Source: Thelocarpon superellum (Eukaryota). Taken from it: 63,207 nt of DNA. Position 1 is the stretch's first letter; each line of letters starts with the position of its first letter. The stretch is taken from positions 1-63,207 of the forward strand of contig JAPEUG010000059.1 in the NCBI GenBank assembly GCA_026025795.1. The letters run 5' to 3'. Below are positions 48,586 through 59,224 of this stretch, one piece after another. A model generated the notes under the pieces. The model worked only from the letters and a program-made list of their open reading frames with translations, was not told where the DNA came from and ran no database searches. Made by a program: the position numbers and the translations under genes.

Positions 48586-50087
48586 TCAAAGTTCCTTCTT
48601 CAGAAAATGCTCCTACGGCGAGGGTTAGTCCTTATCAGCTCTGTTCCAAAGAAGAGTTCACTTACCGGCCGGTGTGTCGTCTCATAATCCACATGGACAT
48701 ACGCCCGTTCCACATCCGGCAAGCTCTCCAGCTTCGTCTGCAGTGCTTCAGCCACATCATGCGTATCGCGCAGCGTGGCGTCGGGGTCCATGACGATGTC
48801 AACCTCGACGATGATGCGAGGACCGCTGTGGAAGGCACGTACGGTATCAATCTGAGAGATCATCGACGAATGTGTCATGGCTAGCGCGAAGTTAGCGCGC
48901 GAGACGATAAGGGAAAAGGGGCAATGGGGAAGGTGGTCGCTCTCACAGATGTACGTGATGAGCTGCTGCATCTGCGTATTCGCCGTCACCCCGATCAACA
49001 GCTGGAACTCGGTAAAGGCCGTGCGCATCCAAAGAGTGGCGATCAGGCAGGAGATGACGATGGCCCCAGCGGGATCAATCCACCAATGGATCTTACTACC
49101 GGCCACCGAGGTCACCAAGCCAAAGCCGTTGATGATCAGGTCGTTGCGATGGTCCTGCCAAAGGATGCCAACCTGGGAGTACGTGTGGCGTAAGGCCCAG
49201 CAGTACAAGAACAAGGCCAACTTGGTCGTGAAGGCGACGGCGACAGCAACCACCGAAGGTAGGTGGAAGTCGTTTGTCGTGGCCCCGGATCCATCGGCCA
49301 AGTCGCGAGCGGACAAGGCGATCAGCACAAAAGACACGGAACACATGAGGAAGCAAAAGACGATGTTGCCTGCCGTCTCGATCCGAGCTTTGCCCGAAGG
49401 ATACTGACGGGGATCGACGCGGTTGACGGCGCGATTAGACAGGATCAAGGTCACGTTGGAAAGCGGGTCGAAAATGGCGTCGGCCATGGTGGTGAAGAGC
49501 GACAACGACCGCGACGACACGGCAGCATAGATCTGCAGCACGGCCAGGAGCACGTTGGCCACGAAGCTCCCATTGACGGCGATCTTGAACTTCAGATGAT
49601 TTTCACCTTGTTCTTCACGGGCCTCACGACGATGCTCATCGACAGGCTTCAGGAGGCGCTCGATGTTCTCGTTCTGCCGCTCATAGAAGCTCTGTAGCTT
49701 CTTAGCCTTTCTCGCTGACGCGCACCCCAGCGCCGGAGTGCAGACGTCCCGCGTGCGGGACGAAGCCGGGTCCATCGCGCGGATTTCACCGGCCGACTTC
49801 AGCCCTGTAGACAGGGAGTAGGGGTCATTCTCCTGGTTATAGCGAGGCGCCCGTTGATCTTCCAGGTCCTGCGTCTTCCGCGGCCGGGCGATAAGGACGG
49901 TACCATGGCGGGGGACGGCATCGAGCTCGTCGGCGCTGGGCGTCGTGGGCTCGAACGACGTGCTGCTCGCAACCCGACGAGAGGGCGAGCAGGAGCGTGG
50001 CGTCGAGCTCTCCGCAAGATGGGTGTGCAGTTGGAAGGGGTGGGGATGTAAGGTGAGCGAGTGGGTGAGATCCAGTTCCGAGGCCAT
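48586..50087 (-). CDS. Cation diffusion facilitator (Mn-CDF/MTP8-like) transporter
   Basis: SLFTTMADAIFD and QDHRND (DxxxD metal sites), VERAYVHVDYE; introns 48946-48881 and 48665-48614; ends EHFLKKEL*. Confidence 0.93.
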
Positions 50088-50924
50088 CTGAGCGCAGCTT
50101 AAGAGTGGCAACGTGTCCCACACGTACCATAGTGATCAAGTCATGATGTCGGAATGGGACCCAATGTCGTGTATCACACGATCCGCCGTGCCCCAGGACT
50201 GGACCATATCGCGATGTCACGGAATCGGAATCGGAATCGGAAGGCGCGTTCAACGTCACGCAGGCAGGCAAGGCGGCTGTCGGTCGAAGGCGCCTTGATG
50301 ATGAGCAGCTGGACGAGGCACGCTTCTACATTCGACACTGGCAGGGGCGTCGGATTACATCGTATTTGGAACGTTCTCTTCGAGAGTAGTTTGCTGTAGC
50401 GAAATCATGTCTCGTATCGGCGCTCGTACTTCCGTACACGTCGCTCAGAAGCTCTAGCTCAGCATCGGCGTCGTCGAATGACGTCCTCGCGTTTGAAGCT
50501 CTCACATTTTGAGTCGAATTAGTCAGCAATCAGGGACAGGTCCTCCGTCAACTTCTTGGCCCTTTCGAGATCTGGCTCTCAGAGCAGCCCAGATGTCGTA
50601 GAACCCGTACTATTTAGTCCGTCTCGGTCACAGGAAAGGAAGCGAGAGGTACGCTCTGTGTGCTCTCTCGACTTGACTGCAGAACTTGTCGCCAAACGAT
50701 CGTGCTTGTAGGAACTTGGGTTAGACCCCCCCGCTGACCTCGATGGGTAGTTAAGTATCGACGAATATTCACTTTACTTCTGAGCTTCCTCTTTCACGAG
50801 CACTGGGTATAAAACATTCGCCCTCAATGTAGGTACCAGGGTTCTATGTACTCGTGTTTCCCTGCAGAAAAGACGACGCGTGGCACGACTTGATCCACAT
50901 GTTGGAACAGGATGTCCAAGACAA

Positions 50925-52462
50925 TGATGTCGACGGATGACCCCTGTGCAAAGCCGGAGCCAGAGCCGGAGCTTTCCTCGACCGACTGGGTCTTGACTCA
51001 GTGGGGCGGGCAAACGATGGCCGCCTTAGGCAGTCTGCAAAAGTTGTATGCCACTTTGACCACCGACGAGAAGTCGATCCATTCGCCTGCAGACGGTAGA
51101 CTGTCCATCGACAGATGCACAGAAAGCTCGTCGGGCCCGGGGCCGAACTCGAACGCGGCCACGGACGCGGATCAAGTAGCCGTTGACGAGCTGGCTTTTG
51201 TCTTTGGTCATCGGGAGATGAGTGGCTGGGGCTCGCCCCGAGAGGAGCGACGCGACTTCATGTTCCCGGACCACATCGCAATCTACCTGGACAGAGACTT
51301 ACAGACGGCCACGAGCGATCAGCGGACGGTGTTCGTGACACCGACAGGCATGGACACGAGTCCCCTCCAGCACATTCATCAGATTCTAGCTCATCATGAG
51401 CCCGATCACGAGAAGGACAACAGTCTCGTCGAAGACCGTCGGGACGCAAATGGTAAGGTGGAGCAGCGAGTAGATGTACGAGTGCCATCCGCCGAATTCA
51501 GAGACGACCGCCTGGCCGCGAGGAAGTTGCTCGATCATCGACGGCTGAGGAGACAGGTTCATGACGGTGGAGGTCAAGAGGGAGGGAACATTCTAGGATG
51601 GCCAGAACGGTTGGTCATGAAATGGGAACTAGGGATAGAAGAGCACTCTGGTCCCCTCCCAAGCCACAGCGAAGTGATGGATGAGTCAGCATTGCGCGAG
51701 AGCCTGCAGCATCGATGGCGGCGCAAGCGGCAGGTGGGCCTGGCTCAGGAGCGGGCGCAGTTGAAGGCCCGCCTACAGCAGAGCGAGGCCACCGGGAATG
51801 CCGCGGAGCGAGACGCGACGCGACTCGAATTACGGCATCTGACGAGAAAGCGATTCGACGAATGCATCCGCGACGAACTGCGCGACGTCCGCGACTTGCT
51901 GCGCGCCGACATGCGCGCGCCCATGGACGAGCTCGAGGAGCTGCATCACCTGCGGGACGCGATGCAGTATGAATTGCTGAGGGAGCATTATGGGCTGGAC
52001 GAGGTGGTGGACGATGTGGATCGGCGGCATTCCGACGCCACTCGGCTAGTGACCGCGGATGAGGCGTGCGTCGGCGGCCAGGTGGACGCGCTAGCCAGCC
52101 TCTTGGACATGGGCCTGCGCACCGGCGCCGCATTAGACACGCGTTTGAACCGGCTGGCGGCCAAAGACGTCAGCGACCCCGCCGAACGGGAGCGCGTCAA
52201 GGCATGGCGGCTCGGCCAGCCGGACGCGCTGCTGTACCTGTCCAAGGCGTCGGAAGATCTTCAATTCCTCCGCGACTTCAGCCAGACCGTGGTGGCTGGC
52301 ATGGCAAACATCGAGCACCAGATGAGCCTCTTGGCCTCGCACACGCTGGGTCTCTACATTGCGAACCAAGGTTGCCGGTTGCGGATGAACGACCCCGAAT
52401 CGGCCAGAATGCAATGCAGCGGTTGGAGTGTGGGTGAAATTGGCTCTAGTCTAGCTTGGTAA
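50925..52462 (+). CDS. Hypothetical protein (about 510 aa, helical/coiled-coil C-terminal half)
   Basis: Long open frame with natural-looking charged helical composition; no family recognised. Start and 3' end are uncertain (possible intron at 52421). Confidence 0.6.
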
Positions 52463-52964
52463 TGGTTCTATTGGACAGTTGAGATGCAGGCTTCAACCGT
52501 GGCTGCGTGCCTCATTTCTCAACTCCTTCGCCGCCATCGCCGCCATCTCCTGCAGACGACCCGTCGCTGGATACTTTGGGTCGTGCCCGGCATCGTAGTA
52601 GATTGCGCTGGAGTCGACCAGCCCACACCGCGACGTTAGAGTCGTTCAGGGCGTCGGAGGGTCACCCGCGATCGAGGCCGGACGGTGAGGTCTGGAGAGA
52701 GCGAGTTTGCCCATGTCGTCGGTTGGTGACGAGCAGGTCGAGTGCGGTGGCGGCGCGTGACGCTCGCCGACGTAGTGGTTGTCACGAGACGTTGCCCTCC
52801 GTCGACGGTGGCCGCTGCAGGAGGTCCGATGAGAAACATCAGATGATTGAGTCCGTCGTTGCTGTCTGGGCGTCGTCATCACCCTTGAGACTGTCTTAAG
52901 GCTTCGGGTACTGGGACCATATCCGTCGTTCTTTTCGAGGTCGTCTTGCCTCGACTTTGCCCGC

Positions 52965-53277
52965 TCATCGAAGCTCGACGTACTTGCTGGCGTGTTTGGC
53001 CCGCTCACTCATCGACATTTGCACGCTGCAATAGGGAGGATGCGGTGCGATACACCACCAATAAGGTCGTGCGGTGTGATCGCCCACTTGACTGCGCATC
53101 GGCGGTCGGCCAGCGAGGGGGTTCAGGTGCTGAACGGATTGAGGCCTGTAAGGGCGGATTAGCCCGGACGGTCCCTCGTCCCGCGGCGACGAAAAGTACT
53201 CACAAAGCCATGGCCATCGATAACAAGAACATCACCATCAGTCCTTCCCAGGCGGCACCGGCGTGGAAGAAATGCAT
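52965..53277 (-). CDS. Small secreted peptide (84 aa) with a WWC-x7-C motif; not in the ORF track
   Basis: Exon 1 53277-53204 (MHFFHAGAAWEGLMVMFLLSMAMA, signal-like); consensus intron GTGAGT..GCTAAT..TACAG 53203-53146; exon 2 53145-52965. Confidence 0.6.
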
Positions 53278-55017
53278 GTTTGTTGTTCCGAGATACTGGA
53301 GGCCGAGAGATCAGAGGTAAGCTGGAGGTGGTCAGGTTACGGTGAGAACGGTCGCATGTGCTGGTGCAATCTGTGCTGCCTTCCGCAGTTGCGATGCGTT
53401 CGACTTTTAACAGCCGGCAGGCTCATTCGCATTGACCCTTCTGGCACGCTCAGGGCGAGCGTGGTGGCCCCGTATGTCATCCGGCTCGCACATGGGGGTA
53501 ATGGAATGTGACAGTACATGGCACGTTTGGGTGGCGGCGGGGCATAGCATGACCGTCGCCTGACGCATGAGCTGGCGCAGACCTAACTGTGATGCAGAAT
53601 CCAGCTCGGCTAGGCCAAGCGTCAGCCGTCAATGGGTGTCAATGCTGGCGCCACCAATCAGACGGGCTTGTGGGTGGGGGAAGGAATCCGAATGCTCGTT
53701 GTCACGATTAAATGGGCTATTCAAAAGTCGCGCAGTCCGTGCTGCGAGGCCGGCAAGTACCGCGAGGAGAGCGCGACGCGAGGCGTCTCGGCGCATTCCC
53801 AACACCCGACAGCCGATCAAACCAGGGTGGGTGTAGAGGGAGCGAGTAGCGAACGGGAGCGACGAAAATCCCCCGCAGGATGGCGAACCCTGACAGAAGT
53901 GCGCGACTCGGAAGGCCCCGTAACATACTACTACTACACATAGCTCGACCACTGCCGAGTCTATCGTCGAAGGGCATAGGGGTACGAGAAGGTCTCGTAT
54001 CGTCGAGAACGATCACATGCTCGCTACGCTGCAAGGCAGGTGAGAAGGTCGTGACGGTAAGATCGATGGCTGATTATTAGCCCGTTTTCTGCCTTGCTCG
54101 TGTTCTTCCCACTCGTCCTCTCGTACCAGTAGGTCGCAAAAACTGTGGACTCCGTACTGGCTAGAATGTGTCATACTACGCTGTAGGAGACACCAGACGA
54201 GCAAGGAGTACTTCCGACCACTTTGTCTTGCTGAACTCTCCCGCGTGGCTCTCGGTACTTGTACGGTACTGAACACTCACGACAATTTGTCCTCATTCGG
54301 CAAGGGTGGTGGTCGATCACCAGCCAGAACACCTATCCTCACCCTTGCCCTGGATTGGCGGCTGGCGTCCTGATGCGTCTCATTCCTGCTTCGTACCTTG
54401 CCTTGGCCCCACCCATTCCTGGCTCGGTCCCGCCAAGGTCTGGTTTGTCGTGTGCCATGGCTGGGGTCAGGGTACCCGATGCGCGCCACGCTGTACGCAA
54501 AATAAACGTCTGACCTGGCCCTAACATTCCTAGATGGCTACAGGGTGATTTTGACGCACAGAGCACCTGCCTCAGGACAGTATAGCACAATCTGGTCTGA
54601 AGATCTCTGGCCACAAGCGTGCGATTCTGTTGCCGTGGTCAGGACCGGAGGTACTCGGGTGGCGTATGGACCACAACCAGTGTCCCCGTACCAATCGCTC
54701 TTAGACTCTCGATGAGTCTGAGTGTCCTACGCTATGGTCACATCGATACCCGTCATCATCGCACCTGAGGTCGCGGCTTCATCTGCGGTCTGGGTGGGGG
54801 TTGAGTAACGTGCCCACGTCACTGTTTCACCCTCGTTCATCCTCTACCAGGTCATGTCAGCTCCATTCCTCGCCCTGCCTTCACCCTCCGTCCAATTTGA
54901 CCCCGCGGCTTGCACATAAGCAACTCATGTGCGCGTCAATACCAGCGACGAGCCAGCGGCGAGCCTCGCGGATCAGAGAGCCCGCTCCGTTCTCTCTGGT
55001 CCTCATTGCTCAATGCC

Positions 55018-56352
55018 ATGAATCCCCGCGTGTTCCGATTACGCCTACGCGTCGGAGCCTTGATTGGGGCCATCACGCTCTGGTACCAGATCCTGCTGCC
55101 ATGGCTTGGTTCGAACAGCACGGCTCAAACATTCCTGACCCCCTCCCAATCGGAGCTGGACGATCTGTTGGTCCAAGCGTCTGCACGCGTCGACGAGCTC
55201 ATCGCCGACTTCGACCGTGAGCAGATCTTTAACACCCTCGGGCTCGATCTCGGCCCCAGCGTTACCTTCAACGATTACGCCGCCTCTCTCAACCATGCTG
55301 CGGACGATGCCTTCTCCTTCGTCGACACCTCACGGCGCGTGTCTAAGTCGGTGCGACGTGCGGTGCAGACGGCCCGCTCGGCTGCCACGTTGCACAGCAA
55401 CTCGTACAATGGCAGCAGCTACGAATCGAACGGCGGGTTGATGCCGCACAGGATCGGCAGCACGATCAAGAACATCTCGGAAATGCCGGAGCAATTCCAG
55501 GCGTGGAGGACTCTTAATCCAGATTGGGAGGTAACGCTGTTTGACGACGACGTGATGGAGGAGTGGCTCCACACGCGCTTGATCGTCCCAGGCGCGTTTG
55601 GGGCGCAGCGGACGGCGTTGCTAGAGGCATATGACCGACTGCCGCGACCGATCCTCAAGTCGGACTTCTTTCGGTATCTCCTGGTCTTCTTCGACGGGGG
55701 CTTGTACACCGATTCCGACACGAGCTGCATCCACGCCATCTCGGAGTGGGGCAACAAGGGTACGACACAGGATTGGACCGACCCGACGCTCTTGGCCCTC
55801 ACCAATCAAGCACAATCTTGGGGACGACCGCGTGGAAGCCCGAGGCCGATTCCCATAAACGAAGCGCCACCGGCGCTCATTATCTCGCTAGAGTCATCGG
55901 TGCAGACGACGTCCTTTGCCTGGCAAGAACAGGCCAACACCGGCGGTCAGGTGGTGCAGTGGACCTTTGGCGGCAAGCCGGGCCACCCGGTGCTCCTCGA
56001 CGTGATCCAACGCATCATCGAGGTCTCGCGAGAGGTGGATGAGCTCCGAGCCAACGGCGACATGGAGACGTGGATGCGAGACGAGTACGTCTTCTTTTGG
56101 ACGGGGCCTACGGTGTGGAGTAGCGCCGTGTGGCGCTATCTCTGGGCCCGATGGGGCTTTGACTTCCGGCGCCTGAATGAGATCACGCACCCGGTGCGCA
56201 TCGGCGACGTGCTCATCTTTCCCTACGCCTCGTTCCAAGCCACCTTTTCCGAACTCAACGTCGAACAGCCCCTGGAGACGTGCGTGTGGCACGGGGCTTT
56301 TGGATTCCAACGATGGCGAACCCCCATTCCTTCTGGGTCGGAGGAGCTATAG
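55018..56352 (+). CDS. Glycosyltransferase family 32 (Och1/Hoc1-like alpha-1,6-mannosyltransferase)
   Basis: N-terminal type II anchor; KSDFFRYL..GGLYTDSDT (DXD), QWTFGGKPGHPVL, WTGP; intronless. Confidence 0.9.
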   Translation: MNPRVFRLRLRVGALIGAITLWYQILLPWLGSNSTAQTFLTPSQSELDDLLVQASARVDELIADFDREQIFNTLGLDLGPSVTFNDYAASLNHAADDAFSFVDTSRRVSKSVRRAVQTARSAATLHSNSYNGSSYESNGGLMPHRIGSTIKNISEMPEQFQAWRTLNPDWEVTLFDDDVMEEWLHTRLIVPGAFGAQRTALLEAYDRLPRPILKSDFFRYLLVFFDGGLYTDSDTSCIHAISEWGNKGTTQDWTDPTLLALTNQAQSWGRPRGSPRPIPINEAPPALIISLESSVQTTSFAWQEQANTGGQVVQWTFGGKPGHPVLLDVIQRIIEVSREVDELRANGDMETWMRDEYVFFWTGPTVWSSAVWRYLWARWGFDFRRLNEITHPVRIGDVLIFPYASFQATFSELNVEQPLETCVWHGAFGFQRWRTPIPSGSEEL

Positions 56353-57082
56353 GGGCGTTTTCACGGTCGACCTTTCCAACAAGTCGGCGTGGCATGGCGA
56401 GGAATGGGGATATATATATGCGGAGGAGCGGGAGTGGGGGATACGACTTTCTTCATCCTGGATCTACGGGGATTTGGCCTCGAGGGAACCGACGCATGCA
56501 CAGCGATCGGTGAGGAATGGAGTGAGTTGGGCGGATCAGAAGGAGTACAGATTGAGTCATGATCTTATTCGGTTCACTCTTCCTAATTCGGCATAAATTT
56601 ATGAACGATTTGCTCATGGTATCCTGTAGAAAGGAGGAGATTGGGTGAGCGAGGGCGAGGATCGTGCAGAAGGGGACCTGTTCTCCAGACGAATTGATTG
56701 AGAAGCTTTTGAAATACGAGAGTCATGATATTTATACTTCTAGTCTGACCTGGGCCGGACCAAATGGCGTATCTGGTGTATATTTGAGGTAAGCCCCCGA
56801 CAACGCCTCTGTTTTATGCGCCTGTCGCCCACGATGACTCCCTGACTCCATGACGCCAGGGGATATTTTTGTTTCCATTTCCACGTGGACTTCGACGTCC
56901 ACTTTCGACCCGCCTATTCAGCTTTCAGCCTGGAGCTTGGAGCTTGGTCTTCGCGACTTGTGCTCGTGCTCATGCCGGTGCTTAGGCCATCAGGAGCCGC
57001 GAAGCAGATGGCCACGGAGCGCACAGCGCGAGGCCGAAAGAGATGGGAGAGTGACAGGAACTGTAAATCCGACGGGATCTGA

Positions 57083-57433
57083 TCAAAGCGGGACAACAGC
57101 GCCATCGGAAGAATGGAGCGGGTGCAGAACCAGGATGCGCCGGGAGCTGCGACCGTTGTCCCACTTGGGGTTCTGGCCGTTGGCGTCGGTCTTCTGGATC
57201 TGTTCTTGTCCCGGGTTGTTGTCTTGTTGTTGTTGTTGTTGTTGTTGTTGTTCTGGTAACCGTGCGCCGCGCGGCATCAGGGTGCCCGTGTGTGCGTGGA
57301 TCGTGCCGCGCGCGATGTCGTGTTTTTGGTCGACGTTGTGAGGCGCGATGGGCGATGCCCACCCCGTCGTGGCTTGGCTCAGGAGAAGGGTGAGTGTGAG
57401 TGCGACCGCTGCGAGCTGGGATGGCGGCTGCAT
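57083..57433 (-). CDS. Small secreted protein with poly-Gln tract
   Basis: Signal-like LAAVALTLTLLLSQATTGWA|SPI; (CAA)9 tract; pyrimidine-rich leader with (CA)n upstream. Confidence 0.6.
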   Translation of the reverse strand: MQPPSQLAAVALTLTLLLSQATTGWASPIAPHNVDQKHDIARGTIHAHTGTLMPRGARLPEQQQQQQQQQDNNPGQEQIQKTDANGQNPKWDNGRSSRRILVLHPLHSSDGAVVPL

Positions 57434-57485
57434 CTTGCTTGCTTCTTCCTCTTCCTATGATGGGGATGGAACGAGGGGAAGCTTG

Positions 57486-57508
57486 GTGTGTGTGTGTGTG
57501 TGTGTGTG
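57486..57508. repeat. (GT)n microsatellite
   Basis: About 11 GT units visible. Confidence 0.9.
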
Positions 57509-59224
57509 CGGTGATGGGGTGGAGGCGGAGTTCAATTGGTTCCTTTGTCCAGCGGTTGGGGTGCTGATGCTGATGCTGATGCTTCCGTGGGAGGTGGAAG
57601 AGAGATGGAAGATGGAGAAGCGTGTATGAGAGAAGAGCATCGCGCTGTCAAAGATTGATCTGGCTGGTCCATGGTATTAAAACTCTGTTGGCGCTGGCAC
57701 CAAGGTTGGTGTTGGTGCTGCGGTGCGCAGCGCATGCATCTCTGCGGTTTCGTCTTCAGCGGCCGGGGCCTAAACATCATCATCCATGTCGTGTCTGCCG
57801 TGTTGTGTTGTGTCACGGCGGGATATGACATGGCCCACATGACGCACGGTTCGGCTTAAGTCATGCTCCGAGCCAGGGCGATTCCGGCCATGACATGGCA
57901 GATCGGCGTAGAGGCTACCGACAAGGGAAACAAAGGTCGTTGGAAGTCGGTCCTGGTCCACGGTCGGGCCTGGACTATGGCCGCATCGCCTCCGCTGTCC
58001 CCTACCCCGGTCCGTGGGCCAGGCCCTCCGTGGGTCACGCATAGCCTGGGGGGTGTAAATGCGTTCGACACGCTCTCCGGAACAAGATCAGAGTTCTGTT
58101 ACCCCAATCGTGCTGGACGTACGGGGGCCAAGCCACGCTGCAGCAAGAGCCGAAGAGGCGTCAATGCCTAGCCAGGCAGAATATGGATGCGGGAGCAAAC
58201 GGGACTAGTGACGCCACTGCTGAGGCGACGACATGCAGAGTCATGGATCATGGCATGACTTAATGTCGTTTCAAACACCAGACGTCCCTTCTACGGTGGA
58301 GGGCGAAACATCCCGATGGGGCGTAGACCTCATGCTTGCAAGGCAGGGCGCAGCGCTCTCCATTCCTATTCATAGATGGGACCAGCCCTTGGTCCAGGCT
58401 ATCTCCTTAGAATATCGGCGCTGGTACCTAAGCGTGGGCGAGTCTGATGTGGCAGTGTTCTTTATCTGGTACCTGTAGGGTTTAGTGTCACAGGTGGAAG
58501 TCGATGTTTGTCGGTCTTGGACGTGACTAAGCAGTTGCCTCTGGCTCTCTATATAGGCCGGCCCGCGCCCAGGAGTAGTAACATATTGATCACTTATCCG
58601 GCTCGAACATGTGCTTCGTATGCAAGTGTCTTCATGTGCGATTGAACATATCTGTTTTGTTGGACAGTCATTCCTGACTAGACTTTCCTCAAGTCCTCTT
58701 TGAACTTACCAATGGTCGACAGTGGTGTACGCCACGCCAACTTTGCTGTTGTGGATAGCAAACACGTCCCTTGGCAACTGAAGACTTCTGTCACAGGGTT
58801 TCCGCACACTCCTGCCCATCAAAAAAGCGTGGGATTTCCCCCGACTCCCTCGACAACATGCATTAGCGTGATCCTTGCTATGTTACTCCACCATCACCAC
58901 GGCTCTCCACTTCAAGCGTTTCCACGGCTTTCTGCTCCCAATTGATTCGCAGCCCAGAGCGTTTCAGAGTACCAGATTAATGAACAGAGTTGCTTGTGTT
59001 GATTTCCTAATCAGGAGGTACTCCAGAATGGTAGCCAAAGGGAACAGAAAGCACTTCAGATACTTGACCCAGCAAGTGGAGGCGCTCCAGACTATTGACT
59101 TACAAGACAGGAGAGTCCCCATCGAGCGCTACAGTCTACGAGACGCATGTTCAAGGGAAAAACGACGTCCTATTCACGTCCACGTTTAAAGGGCCGTTGA
59201 TTTTTCGAAAAGAATCATCGTCCC

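Noticed and set aside
52965..57433. Canonical alpha-factor or KEP/dikaritin precursor
   Set aside because: Neither small secreted protein has repeated cores flanked by KR/RR, and no DUF3328/UstYa gene is nearby.
50300..59200. Starship or other large mobile element
   Set aside because: No DUF3435 tyrosine recombinase, transposase, TIR or direct repeat was found at the borders.
58200..59200. Short ORFs in a lower-GC stretch with a TATA-like motif at about 58550
   Set aside because: No recognisable protein motif or consistent exon chain could be built.
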